62,000 nt of DNA, taken from assembly GCF_004010195.1 (NCBI RefSeq), contig NC_057751.1, positions 2,515,286 to 2,577,285 of the forward strand. Direction: 5' to 3'. Numbering within the stretch: position 1 is the stretch's first letter; the number at the start of each line of letters is the position of its first letter. The stretch comes from Chiloscyllium plagiosum. Lineage: Eukaryota. The notes under the pieces are model-generated. The model saw only the letters and a program-made list of their open reading frames with translations, did no database searches and had not been told where the DNA came from. The position numbers and the translations under genes are program-made. This document shows, piece by piece, positions 1 through 12,409 of the stretch.

Positions 1-290
1 ACAAGAGGGATATAGGTTCAGGGTAATAGTGGAAAAATTTAAAGGAGATGTGAAAGGCAAAATGTTTTGCCCAGAGCGTGGTAAATGCCTGAAATGTGTC
101 ACCAAAGGAAGTTTTGCAGGTGAATAGAACAGCAACATTTAAAAGACATCTTGACAGATATATGAACAGGCAGAGAATAAAGGGATACAGACCATGTCGA
201 GACAAAAAGTTTTTACTTCAGAAAGGCAACATGTGTCACCAGATTCTTGGTGGGCAGAAGGGCATGTTCCTGTGCTGTGCTGTTCTTTGT
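1..290 (+). mobile_element. CR1 LINE 3' end (ORF2 C-terminus and 3' UTR), truncated by the window edge
   Basis: Encodes a TFKRHLDRYMNRQRIKGY-type CR1 terminus followed by a CTGTGCTGT tail; homologous to 6870-7370 and 26600-26900. Confidence 0.85.
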
Positions 291-1604
291 CCTGGAAACA
301 GATCTGTTAGATGAAAGTATCCAAATAAGCCCAACACAAAAAACATTTGTACTAGATTTCACTTTTTAAAACCATTGCTGCAACAATAAAGTTAGAATTA
401 ATATAGATTAAGAATAATCCACCTAGCAATACTTGTATTGAGGAAAACCTATAAACTGCACTTAAAGTCGCTGATGCAACAAGGTTAAATCTCATTTGTT
501 CCTCTGGCAATACGTGACGTGCAAGTGCAGTTTACAAAGTTTTTCCAAGCTGTGCTGTTCAATACTGCTTGTAATGCCTGGTCACATCCTCAAAAACCCT
601 CAAAGATTTCTTTCCTAAATCTGTCAATATCAGATTCCATCAATCCAGTCAGAATCTGATTTCTGAGAAATAAGATTAAAACTAGGAAAGCCACTTCAGA
701 AACTCCAAACCCGGAAACATAGACATCAGCCTTGAATCAAAATAAATATGCAGGCCTTGAACTCTTTGCAAGCCTCATGGCTCTCATCTCTTGGACAAAT
801 TACCCTCCTCTTGTGCCCACTTCATATATACACTGTGCCAGAATCTGAACAATTAGCACAACTCCAATGGGGTCAGGATATATCCAGCACAAATCCATAA
901 GATGCTTCTTCTCAAGCCCAAAAACTGGTCTTCAAGACACAGAAAATTAGTCAGCCACAGATATGGAGAGTAGAAACCAATGATATTGGACAACTATCTC
1001 AGACAACTGAAAGCCATGCACTTGATTTGGTGCAAAATCTATGTTCTGGGTTTGGAGATCATACCTTTACCCAGCGTGAGTCAAGAAGATGACCAATTTT
1101 GTTGGGGACTGGTCTGACAGCACTCCATCTCTTATCTGCTTTTCACTAGCTTGGATGCAAGCAAGTGAATCATCAACTTCGACTTAGTCCCCAACATGAC
1201 CATGAGCAATCTGCCTTTTTACAAAGGAATCTGAAAGATTTACAGAAACCTTTCACCTACAAGACACGAAGATCACTCAAGGCACAAAGTGGAAACTCCA
1301 TGTATAAGATCAGCATTGCAATAGTGACTACATGTTGAAAAATAAAAGACTTAAAACTAGTTCAAATGGCTTTTGGGTGTCCTGAAGTCATGAAAAGTGC
1401 TAATTGAATGATAACTCTCTCAGTTTCTTTCCTTCTAATTATGAGATTTGGTATTAATCACCAAACTGAAATTACCTCCCATGATTTTTAAGACTTTCTC
1501 CCCTCTCAGAAGATGCACCATGCATATTCTCAATTGCCTTATTCTAGCAATAAAGTTTTATTGTAGCAATTGTTTGTGATAGTGGAGTGCCTTGGTGGGT
1601 AACT

Positions 1605-2253
1605 TGTTATGGACCAAGCCAGAGCCCCTCAAAACATTTCAAGGAAGCAGCCCAGATCCTAACTATGTTCATTGTTTTAAGCATGTGTAATGTGGACATT
1701 TCAGGAGGGATGCAGTTGGTCAAACCACGTAGTTTTAAACAAAACAGAATTTATTTACAAGATTGCCAAATTAAACACAAACAAAAGAGTACAGAACACT
1801 GAATAACGTAACCTTTCTGAAAACCCAACAGATCATTCCAACTTAATGATGCTGCTCCAAATACTTGCAACAATCCCTATAAACACCCCTTGGTACAAAA
1901 GATCAAATCAAACACAGGGTCTTACAGGAGAGTTGTCAGAAAGAGGAGGATCAGCATGGAGCTGTTTCTATTAGTCCAGCAGCTTTGATAACTGCCTGAC
2001 TGCTTTCAGTGAGTAGCCAGACAAACCAAACAAAAGAATAGCTGAGCTGGGAGAACTGGCTACTCCCCTTTCATTGCGCAAGTGTTTGTTTTAAACTTAA
2101 AAGCCTTTTGTCTGAGGCAGTATCTGTTAGCTATCATCAAATTGGCCTTAAAACCCAACCAAGCCCAGACTTTTCGGAACCTGTGTTTTTCCAACCTCTT
2201 TGAAAAAAAAGCCAAGAACAACATCACCTTGTTAAAGGAGCAGCATCATCACA
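1605..2253 (-). mobile_element. Solo LTR, family A
   Basis: TGTTATGG...CATCACA termini; aligns as the reverse complement of 40473-41326; AATAAA on the minus strand near 1750; no clean TSD. Confidence 0.75.
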
Positions 2254-3043
2254 AGCAAAAGTGAAGATTACAAATCTGTGTGTTTAATTCTCTTCTCTTT
2301 ACTTTTTCATCAAAGTAGAAAAGCTTTGTATACTAAGAATAAGCATGAAGGAAATTGAATGTAATTGCAAGGGAGATGGTGGATAAAAGTATATAAAGGG
2401 ACTTCTTGCGACGACCATCTGAGGATGTCACGGGAACAGATGGGAAAGTGGAGCGCAGGCTAGGACCACATCTGTAGTGATCTGATTGAATGCTAGAGCA
2501 GACTCGAGTGTGAATTCTGCCATTGTTCTATTCTCACCTTGATGCCTCATTCACTGTTTAATCACTCTGATACTTGCTATGTGGAGTCTCTTGTTTAGTG
2601 GCTGTGTCTTTAATGATCATTTACCTGCTCTCAATCTTGATTAAACCAGCAGAAAAATGATCAGAATAATGAGCTGCTTGGTGACAACAGGATTTACCAC
2701 AATGGTTCACTGTGCCCACGTTTGGATGGGCTGCCGATGACTCTCAAATGAGGTACCTCAATGATTTATCATATTTATGGAAGATTTTGCATGATATGAA
2801 TTGGTAAAATAGTTTAGCAAATTGTTAAAACCAATTCTAAACAAGTTTTCCACATACATTTGAGTAATTCATTCAATTCTGTGTGATGAATTTGTCATGA
2901 AGCACTAGAGTAGAATGCTGGAAATCAAATCTCATTTTTCTCTGAGTCACCACAAATGTGAAAAACTAAAAATATCCCAAATTGCTTCTATTTGATGTTG
3001 TGATTCGAACTGATGTTATTCCAGCCGAGCAAGTCAAATACTA

Positions 3044-3420
3044 AGAGGAAGTGAGGACTGCAGATGCCGAAGGGTCAGAGTCGACAAGTGTGGTGCTGGA
3101 AAAAACAGCTCGTCAGGCCGCATCCGAGGAGCAGGAGAGTCGACATTTTAGACATTCGCCCTTCATTAGGAATGTGGAGAGGGAAAGGGGCTGAGAGACA
3201 AATAGGGGGGGTGGAGGTAGAGCTGGGGGTAAGGTCAGTGAGATGGCGATAGATGGGCGAAGGTAGGAGCTGATTGTGAAAAGTCGGTGGAGAGGGTGGA
3301 GAGGATAGGTGGGAAGGAAGATGGACAGTTCGGACAGGTCAAGAGGACAGTACCGAGTTGGAAGGTTGGATCCAGGATGAGGTGGGGGGAGGGGTGGGGA
3401 CATTTGGAAACTGGTGAAGT
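3044..3420 (-). mobile_element. Penelope-like element pLTR fragment with degenerate hammerhead
   Basis: Begins GAAGTGAGGACTGCAGATGC like 30439 and 19502; its purine-rich body is the reverse complement of 4800-5080 and 9720-9980. Confidence 0.85.
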
Positions 3421-3514
3421 CATATACTGGTCTGAAATCTGGCTTGATAGATCAGAATTTTGTTTTTGGTTTTAAAGAATGTCACGACTCACTGAGATAG
3501 CACAGACTGAAAAT

Positions 3515-4650
3515 TTTTCTTTTATTCATGCGTGGAATGTAATGCTGGCTGGCATCCCGTGCCTGGTTACCTTTGAGGAGGTAATGGTGAGCTGCCTTCT
3601 TGAACCACTGCAGTCTACCTGCTGTGGGTTGACTCACAATGCTGTTCAGGAGTGATTTCAAAGCATTTGACGCAATGACAGTGAAGGAACTGTGATATTT
3701 TTCCAAGTGGCTTGGAATAGAACTTGCAGGGATTGGTTATCCCATGTATTTGCTGCCCTTATCCTTCGAGGTGGAACTGGCCTTGGTTTGGAAGGGGCTT
3801 TCTCAGGATATTTTATGAATTCCTGCAGTGCATCTTGTTGATAGTACATGTTGCTGCTCCTGAGTATTGGTGGTGGAGGGAGTGGATGTTTGCAGATGTG
3901 ATGCCAGACAAGTAAGCTGCATTATCCTGGATGGTGTCAAGCTTCTTGAATGTTGTTGGAGCGGCACGAATCCAGGCAATTTGGGAGTATTTTATCACAC
4001 TCCTGATTTGTGCCTTGTAGATGTTGGACAGGCATTTGACGAGTCAGGAGGTGAGTTGCTTGCTATAGTATTCCTAGCCCCTGGCCTGTTCTTGTAGCCA
4101 CTGTGTTTATGAGTTTCTAGTCATTAGTAACCCAATAGATGTTGAAAAGCTGAGGCATTTAGTAATGGAATGTCCATTGAGTGTCAAAGGGTGGTGGTTG
4201 GATTATTTCTTATTGATGTTGGTCCTAGCCTGGAAATTATTTGATGCAAATGTTACTTGCCACTTGTCAAACCAAGCCTGGACATTGTCCAGATCTTGTT
4301 GCATTTTAACATAGACTGCTTCAGTGTCTGAGGAGTCACGAATGGTCTGAACATTGTGCCATCATCAGCGAACATCCCCATTTCTCATCTTACAATGGAG
4401 GGAAGGTCATTGATGAAACAGCTGAAGATGGTTAGGCCTAGGACATTACACTGAGGAGCTCCTGCAGAGATGTCTTGGAGCTGAAATAACTGACTTCCAA
4501 AAACCATGACCAACTTCCTATATGCCAGGTATGACTCCAACCAGCTGATATTTTACCCCGATACCCATTGATTCCAGTTTTGCTAGGGCTCCTTGATACC
4601 ACACTTGGTCAACTGCAGCTTTGACATCAAGGGCTGTCACTCTCACCTCC
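3515..4650 (-). mobile_element. CR1/L2-group LINE (second family), RT C-terminal half and 3' end, decayed
   Basis: Minus-strand peptides AAPTTFKKLDTIQD...HSLHH...KMHCRNS and WFKKAAHHYLLKGN; homologous to 51060-53270 and 56240-56500. Confidence 0.8.
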
Positions 4651-4654
4651 AGCA

Positions 4655-5080
4655 ATCAAAGTTTTACCTGCACATCCAACAATATCATTTATTGTACCTG
4701 TTGCTCCCGATGCGGTCTCCTCTACATTTGGGAGACTGGACGCCTCCTAGCAGAGTGCTTCAGGGAACATCTCTGGGACACCCGCACCAATCAAGCTCAA
4801 CACTGTCCCCATGACTTGTCCTACCTGCCTATCTTCTTTTCCACCTATCCACTCCACCCTCTTCCCTGACCTATCACCTTCATCCCCTCCCCCGCTCACC
4901 TATTGTACTCTATGCTACTTTCTCCCCACCCCACCCTCCTCGAGCTTATCTCTCCACCCTTCAGGCACTCTACCTGTATTCCTGATGAAGGCCTTTTGCC
5001 TGAAATGTCTATTTTACTGCTCTTGGATGCTGCCTGAACTGCTGTGCTTTTCCAGCATCTGCAGTCATTGTTTTTACCTA
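4655..5080 (+). mobile_element. Penelope-like element, GIY-YIG fragment plus pLTR, internally deleted
   Basis: FTCTSNNIIYCTCCSRCGLLYIWETGRLLAECFREHL; co-linear with 9370-9980 but lacking ~220 bp; HHR-like CTGATGAAGGCCTTTTGCCTGAAATGTC at ~4982-5009. Confidence 0.9.
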
Positions 5081-5689
5081 AACAACAACTAATGCCTATT
5101 GAAAAGCCAGTCAAGCAACTCTCCAAGTACATGGGGCCGATTTGTCTTGAACTTTCTCTCTCTACTCCAATAAAGCAACTTTGGATATACAACTCACACT
5201 GTGGTCCAGTAACTTGTTTTTAAAACTGTAAACACCTTACACAATTTCCTTGGTTTAAAGCTGTATCATTTCCAATTTCCACATTGTTTCCATAGTTCAA
5301 AGAAAGGTAGTCTTTACATGCCTCCACCCTGAAAACAGATGAAAACCATGTTTCATCACAAGGTTGAAAAATCCTCCAGTGCAGTTTAAGCCATTCAGCC
5401 CATCAAGTCTGCACTGACCCTCTAAAGATCATCCCACACAGACCCATGATTTTTATATTCTGGAAAAGTTATTGTCTCTGGTCCTATTTTCACATACCAT
5501 ATAAAATATACAAAGATTGTGGATTAAACATACTGTAGCACAAAAGAAAGCTTTCAAATTTTCCAGTTTAAAATTTGACTGGATTAAACACGTGCAATTT
5601 TTGCAGCAAAACGTATTTCTCAAAAACAGGAAATTCTGTAATCTTTTTGCATCCAGACTCTTCAAACTGTTTTGATCCCAGTTGAATTT

Positions 5690-6750
5690 AACACGAGGCA
5701 GGACAGATCCCAGACTGTAACCTGGCTCAATAGATCAGATTTTCTTTTGGCTTTAACAACTTGATCTTAAACTGAAACAAAACATGCTGCAGTTACAAGT
5801 TGAACAATACAACCGAAGTCTACTGTACAAAAGAAATGAAGATAAAATAGAATGAACTAAACTATTTATAGATTACAGAAATTTAAAATACAATCCCATT
5901 GATCCCCAAATTCCTCCTATATAGTACTCACATCAAAGAGAATTCCTTTCTATTTCACATCTATAAGGTTTAATTGAGTCATGCCTTTAATGTTTCAACT
6001 TAAGAATCCTATGGCTTCTTCCTGGAACCTTCATACAGGCTCAAAATCAACATTCAATCATTTCATTGCTGAACATTTTTCAGTTTCAAATAACACCTTC
6101 ACAATTTCAAGCAAATACCTCTGCACTGAAACTTCTGAACAAAACTTCTTACACCGAGGTAACTTTTTTTAGCAGTCCTGAGCTACATCCCTTTCTCAGG
6201 AGCAACTGTTAGGCCAAGTAAGGAGCAACTTAAACATTCAGCGTCAGCCAAGACTTCTGAAAACTGCCTATCCGAAAAGCTTTTTGGAGCTCTGCATATT
6301 TCCACCCAGTCAAATAGACAACCCTAGAATCTTCTATCTGAAAGCTTGGTAAGACCATTAGATTCCCCTATCGGTCAAGAATCTATCTATCTCAGCCTTA
6401 AATATACACAAGGACTCTGCCTCCTCAGCTCTCTCTGTGGCAAGGAATTCCAAAAACTCTCAACCCTCTGAGAGAAGAAATTCCTCATCATCTCAGTCTT
6501 GAATTTGGCACCTCTAATACACTACATCGTTTACTTTGTTTGCTCAAAACTCTCCCAAAACAAACAAATACCTATTTCTTTCTCTGAATTATTACTCTCG
6601 GATTGTTTAACAACGAATGGCGATAGATGTATCTTTATGTTAATCATTAAACCCTACAAAATATGCAGAAAACCAATTTGCCTCCAGTTCAAAATTCAGA
6701 CTGTAAAATTAATGACAATAAAATATAGATAAATCACACATCTTACATCA
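5690..6750. repeat. Possible LTR-like interspersed repeat containing a CR1 3' fragment (~6355-6505, minus strand)
   Basis: 5720-5760 resembles 3430-3478; the internal piece matches the CR1 tails at 8150-8280 and 60870-61000; termini are not established. Confidence 0.35.
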
Positions 6751-6869
6751 CACTCCAAATAAAAATAATATGAAGCATGTACTCCATTCAATTGCACAGA
6801 TTCTGGGGACAACTGATCAATGGTGCATTTCTCATGGACCTGCCTTTGAACAAAATATTCTGACAACTC

Positions 6870-7370
6870 CTATGTTGTGAAACTTGATAGGATTCAGAAA
6901 AATTTACAAGATTGTTGCCAGGGTTGGAGGATTTGAGCTATAGGGAGAGGCTGAATGGGCTGGGACTGCTTTCCTTCACGTGTTGGAGGCTGACCTTGTA
7001 GAGGTTTATGAAATCATGAGGATCATGGATCGGATAAATAGACAAGCTCTTTTCCCTGGGATGGGGGGAGTCCAGAACTACAGGGGATAGGTTTATGGTG
7101 AGAGGAGAAAGACTTAAAAGGGACCTGAGGAGCAACTTTTTCACAGAGAGGGTGGTGCATGTATGGAATGAGCTGCCAGAGGAAGTGATGGAGGCTGATA
7201 CAATTACATTATTTAAAAGGCATCTGGATGGGTATATGAATTATAAAGGTTTAGAGGGATATGGGCCAAGTCCTGGCAAATGGGACAAGATTATTTTCGG
7301 ATGACTGGTCAGTATGGATGAATTGGACTGAAGGGTTTGTTTCTGTGCTGTACATCTCTATGACTCCATG
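6870..7370 (+). mobile_element. CR1 LINE 3' end
   Basis: VRGERLKRDLRSNFFTERVVHVWNELPEEV...FKRHLDGYM; ends in TCTATGACTCCATG repeats. Confidence 0.92.
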
Positions 7371-7440
7371 AACTGTTCCCTGGTGAATTGTCCATGCCAA
7401 TGTCTCAATTGATTGGACTCCACTTACCAACAAATGAGCA

Positions 7441-7590
7441 ATGTTTTCTCACAAAAGATACATAAATTGATGTTCTCCTCAAAATTTGGTTTTGTTGTGT
7501 CTGCCCTGATGAAAATAAGATGAAATGCTTTTGAAGTTTGGCTGTTTTTTTTTCCAGCAAGACTTGTTCTTTGTTACCAAGTGACTAATT
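7441..7590 (+). mobile_element. Short degenerate PLE-like pLTR fragment (possible fourth family)
   Basis: GCCCTGATGAAAATAAGATGAAATGCTT resembles a decayed CUGAUGA...GAAAGCUU core. Confidence 0.35.
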
Positions 7591-8477
7591 GGTTAAGGAT
7601 TATTGTACTTTGGGTTTGGATCTTGTCTTGGTGGTTTTCAACCACATAAATTCTGGGGACACAGCCCAACAAAACGTCTGCAGAGAAGGTGTATTTTTAT
7701 GAGGGAGTGCTTTTCCATGCTGAGACCTTCGTTATCATAATGAGTCCTTCCACATCCTTGGTAAACATTCTGTACAATCAATTAGAGCTTCTCAAAGAAA
7801 AAATTTCAGCCAAACCAGTTTCTATTTAAAACATCAGAACCTGATTGATGGATCTCCTGAGAGGCAATTAAGATGGTTGGAGCTTGAAGAGACATTTGCT
7901 CACGGAGTAATATAATCTATTTATATGAAGAAATGACAAAGCTGCCTCTTTACACAATGTGGAACCAAAGCACCTTTATCTGTGTGCTCTCACCCCACTC
8001 TTCTGAGCATTTTAAGATCATAAGACCATAAGACTCAGGAGTGGAAGTAAGGCCACTTGGCCCATTGAGTCCACTCTGCTATCTAATCATGGCTGATGGG
8101 CATTTCAACTCCACTTTCCTGCACTCTCCCCGTAGCCGTTAATTCCTTGCGAGATCAAGAATTTATCAATTTCTACCTTGAAGACATTTAATGTCCAGGC
8201 CTCCACTGCTCTCTGTGGCAATGAATTCCACAGGCCTACCACTCTCTGGCTGAAGAAATGTCTCCTCATTTCCATTCTAAATTGACCCCTTCTAATTTTA
8301 AGGCTGTGCCCATGGGTCCTAGTCTCTCCGCTGAACGGAAACAACTTCCCAGCATCCACCCTTTCTAAGCCATGCATTATCTTGTAAGTTTCTATTAGAT
8401 CTCCCCTCAACCTTCTAAACTGTAATGAATACAAACCCAGGATCCTCAGCCGTTCATTGTATGTTAGGCCTAACATT

Positions 8478-8959
8478 GTCTCAGCATGCTCCTGCCCCAC
8501 TGAACTCATCTCTACCTACCTCGACACTGTCCTATCCTCCCTAGTTCAGGAACGCCCCACATATGTTCGAGACACCACCCACGCCCTCCACCTCCTCCAA
8601 GACTTCCGTTTCCCCGACCCCCAAAGCCTCATCTTCACCATGGATATCCAATCCCTCTACACCTCCATCCGCCATGACCAGGGCCTCCAAGCCCTCCGTT
8701 TTTTCCTCTCCCGACGTCCCCAACAGTACCCTTCAACCGACACTCTCATTCGTTTGGCCGAACTGGTCCTCACCCTTAACAATTTCTCCTTCGAATCCTC
8801 CCACTTCCTCCAGACCAAAGGGGTAGCCATGGGCACACGTATGGGCCCTAGCTATGCCTGTCTCTTTGTTGGCTACATAGAACAGTCAATCTTCCGTAAT
8901 TACACCGGCACCACTCCCCAACTCCACTACATTGATGACTGCATTGGCGCCACCTCGTG
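8478..8959 (+). pseudogene. PLE reverse transcriptase core fragment (~160 open codons)
   Basis: Part of ORF 8457..9026; PLE/telomerase-like RT motifs run up to YIDDC, then homology breaks off. Confidence 0.9.
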
Positions 8960-9977
8960 GGTTGTTAATTCAAGATATTTTATGCCTATAAAATCTCGTA
9001 AGGCTATTCAAACAGTGATACAATAATCCAATGTAGATTTTGATTATTTCATGCATTGCAGATTGTGATCTCTCTCTTTTTGGTTAGAACCAATGTTCAT
9101 GTTATCTACATCAGTACATTCTATCTGGACATTCAGCAGCAGCCTTTTTACCTCCCTGAAAAGGGGTCATTGAGGCCAATTGTGGTATCCTGACTAATTG
9201 AGCTGGCAGTTTTCTTCTTGTAGATTACAGTTTGTGCTGTGATGGTTAGCTATGCATTAAGTATTGGTATGCATTAAGTACTTTCCCCTGCCACCGCAGG
9301 AACTGTTAAACCTGTGCCCACACCTCCTCCCTCACCTCCATCCAAGTCCCTAAAGGAGCCTTCCACATCCATCAAAGTTTACTTGCACATCCACTAATAT
9401 CATTTATTTTATCCGTTGCTCCCGATGCGGTCTCCTCTACATTGGGGAGACTGGGCGCCTCCTAGCAGAGCGCTTTAGGGTACATCTCCGAGACACCCGC
9501 ACCAATCAACCAAATCGCCCCGTGGCTCAACATTTCAACTCCCCCTCCCACTCTGCCAAGTACATGGAGGTCCTGGGCCTCCTTCAGTGCCGCTCCCTCA
9601 CCACCAGACGCCTGGAGGAAGAACGCCTCCTCTTCCGCCTCGGAACACTTCAACCCCGGGGCATCAATGTGGACTTCAACAGTTTCCTCATTTCCCCTTC
9701 CCCCACCTCACCCTAGTTCCAAACTTCCAGCTCAGCACTGTCCCCATGACTTGTCCTACCTGCCTATCTTCTTTTCCACCTATCCACTCCACCCTCCTCC
9801 CTGACCTATCACCTTCATCCCCTCCCCGGCTCACCTTTTGTACTCTATGCTACTTTGTCCCCACCCCACCCTCCTCGAGCTTATCTCTCCACGCTTCAGG
9901 CTCTCTGCCTTTATTCAGGCTTTTCCAGCACCACTAATCCAGAATCTGGTTTCCAGCATCTGCAGTCATTGTTTTTA
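8478..9977 (+). mobile_element. Penelope-like element (RT, GIY-YIG, pLTR) nested in CR1
   Basis: RT: TMDIQSLYTSI, QTKGVAMGTRMGPSYA, YIDD. GIY-YIG: NIIY..RCSRCGLLYIGETGR, AQHFNSPSHS, LQPRGINVDF. Probable TSD CCTA(A/C)CATT at 8469-8477 and 9978-9986. Confidence 0.95.
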
Positions 9978-12409
9978 CCTACCATTCCAGGGATCATCCG
10001 TGTGAATCTCCACTGGACAAGCTCCAGTGCCATTATGTCCTTCAAGAGGTGTGGGGCCCAAACTTAGACACAGTATTCTAAACGGGTCCTAACGAGAGCT
10101 TTATAAAGTCTCAGAAGCACATCACTGCTTTTATATTCCAACCATCTTGAGATAAATGACAACATCACATTCGCTTTCCTAATCACGGACTCAACCTGCA
10201 AGTTAACCTTTAGAGAATCCTGGACTAGCACTCCCAGATCCCTTTGTACTTTGATTTTATGAATTTTCTCACCATTTAGAAAATAGTCCTTGCTTGTATT
10301 CTTTTTTCCAAAGTGTAAGTCCTCACATTTGCTCATGCTAAATTTCATCAGCCATTTCCTAGACCACTCTCCTGAACTGTCGAAATCTGTCTGCAGCTTC
10401 CCCACCTCCTCAGTACTACCTGCCTGTCCACTCAACTTCGTATGATTGGCAAACTTCACCAGAATGCCCCCAGTCTCTTCATTCACATCATTAATATAAG
10501 TTGAACAGCTGCAGTTCCAACGCTGAACCCTGCGGGACACCACTTGTCACTGCCATTTTGAAAAAGGACCTTTTATCCCAACTCTCTGCCTTCTGTCAGA
10601 CAGCAAATCCTCAATGCATGCCAGAAGCTCACCTTGAACATCAGGGGCCCTCACCTTACTCAGCAGCCTCCCGTGAGGCACCTTATCAAAGGCTTTTTGG
10701 AAGTCAGATAGATAACATCCACTGGGTTTCCCTGGTCGAACCTACTTGTTACCTCTTCAAAGAATTCTAACAGGTTTGTGAGGCACAACTTTCCCTTACT
10801 AAATCCATGCTGACTTGTTGTAATACAACCCTGAACTTCCAGGAATTTAGAAATCTCTTAATGATGGATTCTAGAATTTTACCAACAACGGAGGTTAGGC
10901 TAATCGGCCTATAATTTTTCATCTTTTGTCTTGATCCTTTCTTGAACAAAAGGGTTTTCCAATCATCTGGGATTTTCCCTGACTCAAATGACTTTTGAAA
11001 GATCACAACCTACGCCTCTGCTATTTCCTCAACCACCTCCCTCAGTACTCTAGGATGTAACTCATCGGGACCAGGAGATTTGTCAATTTTTAGACCTTGT
11101 AGCTTTTCTAGCACTTTCTCTTTTGTAATGACTACCATACTCAACCCTGTCCCCTGACTCTCCAAAGTTGTTGGGATATTACTCATCTCTTCCACTGTGA
11201 AGACTGATGCAAAGTACTTATTAAATTCTTCAGCTGTTTCCTTATCTCCCATCGCTAACCTTCCAGCATCAATTTGGAGCCGCCCAGGTTACTTTTGCTT
11301 CTCGTTTATTTCTTAAGTATTGAAAGAAACTTTTACTATCATTTCTAATATTACTGGCTAGCCTACCTTTATATTTGATCCTCTCCTTCGTTATTTCTCT
11401 CTTTGTTATCCTCTGTTGGTATTTGTAGTCTTCCCAATCTTCTGATTTCCCAGTGCTCTTGGGCACTTTATAGGCTCTCTTGTTCTCTTTGATACATTTC
11501 CTGACTTCCTTTGTCAGCCATGATGTCTAATTCCCCACCCCCCCCACTTCTTTTCTTTAAGATGAACCTCTGTATTGTGTCCTCAGTTACACCCAGAAAC
11601 TCCCGCCATTGTTGCTCGACTGTCTTTCCTGCTTGGCTGTGCTTCCAGTTGATTTTCATCAATTCCTCTCTCATGCCCTTGTAATTAGCTTTGTTTAACT
11701 GTAACACCATTACATCCGATTTTGCCTTCTCTCTTTCAAACTGCAGACTGAACTCGACCATATGATGATCGCTGCCTCCTAAGTGTTCCCTTACTTTAAG
11801 ATCTTTTATGAAGTCTGGCTCATTACACAACACTCAGTCCAGAATAGCCTGCTCCCTCACAAGCTGTTCCAAAAAGCCATCCTGTGAGCATTCCATGAAT
11901 TTCCTTTCTTTGGATCCACCGGCAACATTATTCACCTAGTCCACCTGCACGTTGAAGTCCCCCATGATCACTGTGACCTTGCCTTTCTGACAGGCCCTAT
12001 CTATTTCCTAGTATATCTTGTTCTCCTGGTCCTGACCACTGTTAGGAGGTCTGTACACACTCCCATTAAGGTCTTTTTGCCTTTGTGGTACCTCAACTCC
12101 ACCCACACAGACTCCACATCATCGGAACCTATGTTATTTGTGCCATGGATTTAATTTCATTCTTAACTAACAAGGCCACCCCACCTCCTCTGTTCCCTTT
12201 TGCAAGGATTTGCATTTGCAGAGAATGCCTTTGATTCGTGGCACAGCCAAATGGATTGTTGAACATAGCTCTCAATATGCAGCATACATAGATCCATTCA
12301 ACATTTCATTTTGATTTCATTCCAAGTTGAATTTTGTCTGTTGCTGGGTGGCTATTTCAGCTGTGATTCGATGGAAAACACTTTCTTCATCTGAGCGCTC
12401 GAGTTGGTT

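Larger units (their letters stand above)
8018..12195 (-). mobile_element. Long CR1 LINE ORF2 (APE endonuclease, RT and 3' UTR), frameshifted and interrupted by a PLE
   Basis: EN motif REHLGGSDHHMVEF; RT motifs NYRPISLTSVVGKILESII, KFANHTKL, YKALVRTRLEYC and FFSQRVVGLWNSLP; 3' CATAAGA repeats at 8019-8034. Confidence 0.95.

Noticed and set aside
917..1075. 159-bp open, phase-symmetric exon candidate ending at GTGAGT
   Set aside because: Weak AAG acceptor, unrecognisable peptide and no partner exons; compatible with chance.
2415..2445. CTGAGGATGTCAC resembling the family-2 hammerhead start
   Set aside because: No closing stem II or correctly placed GAAA...UH; it lies in decayed CR1-tail-like sequence.
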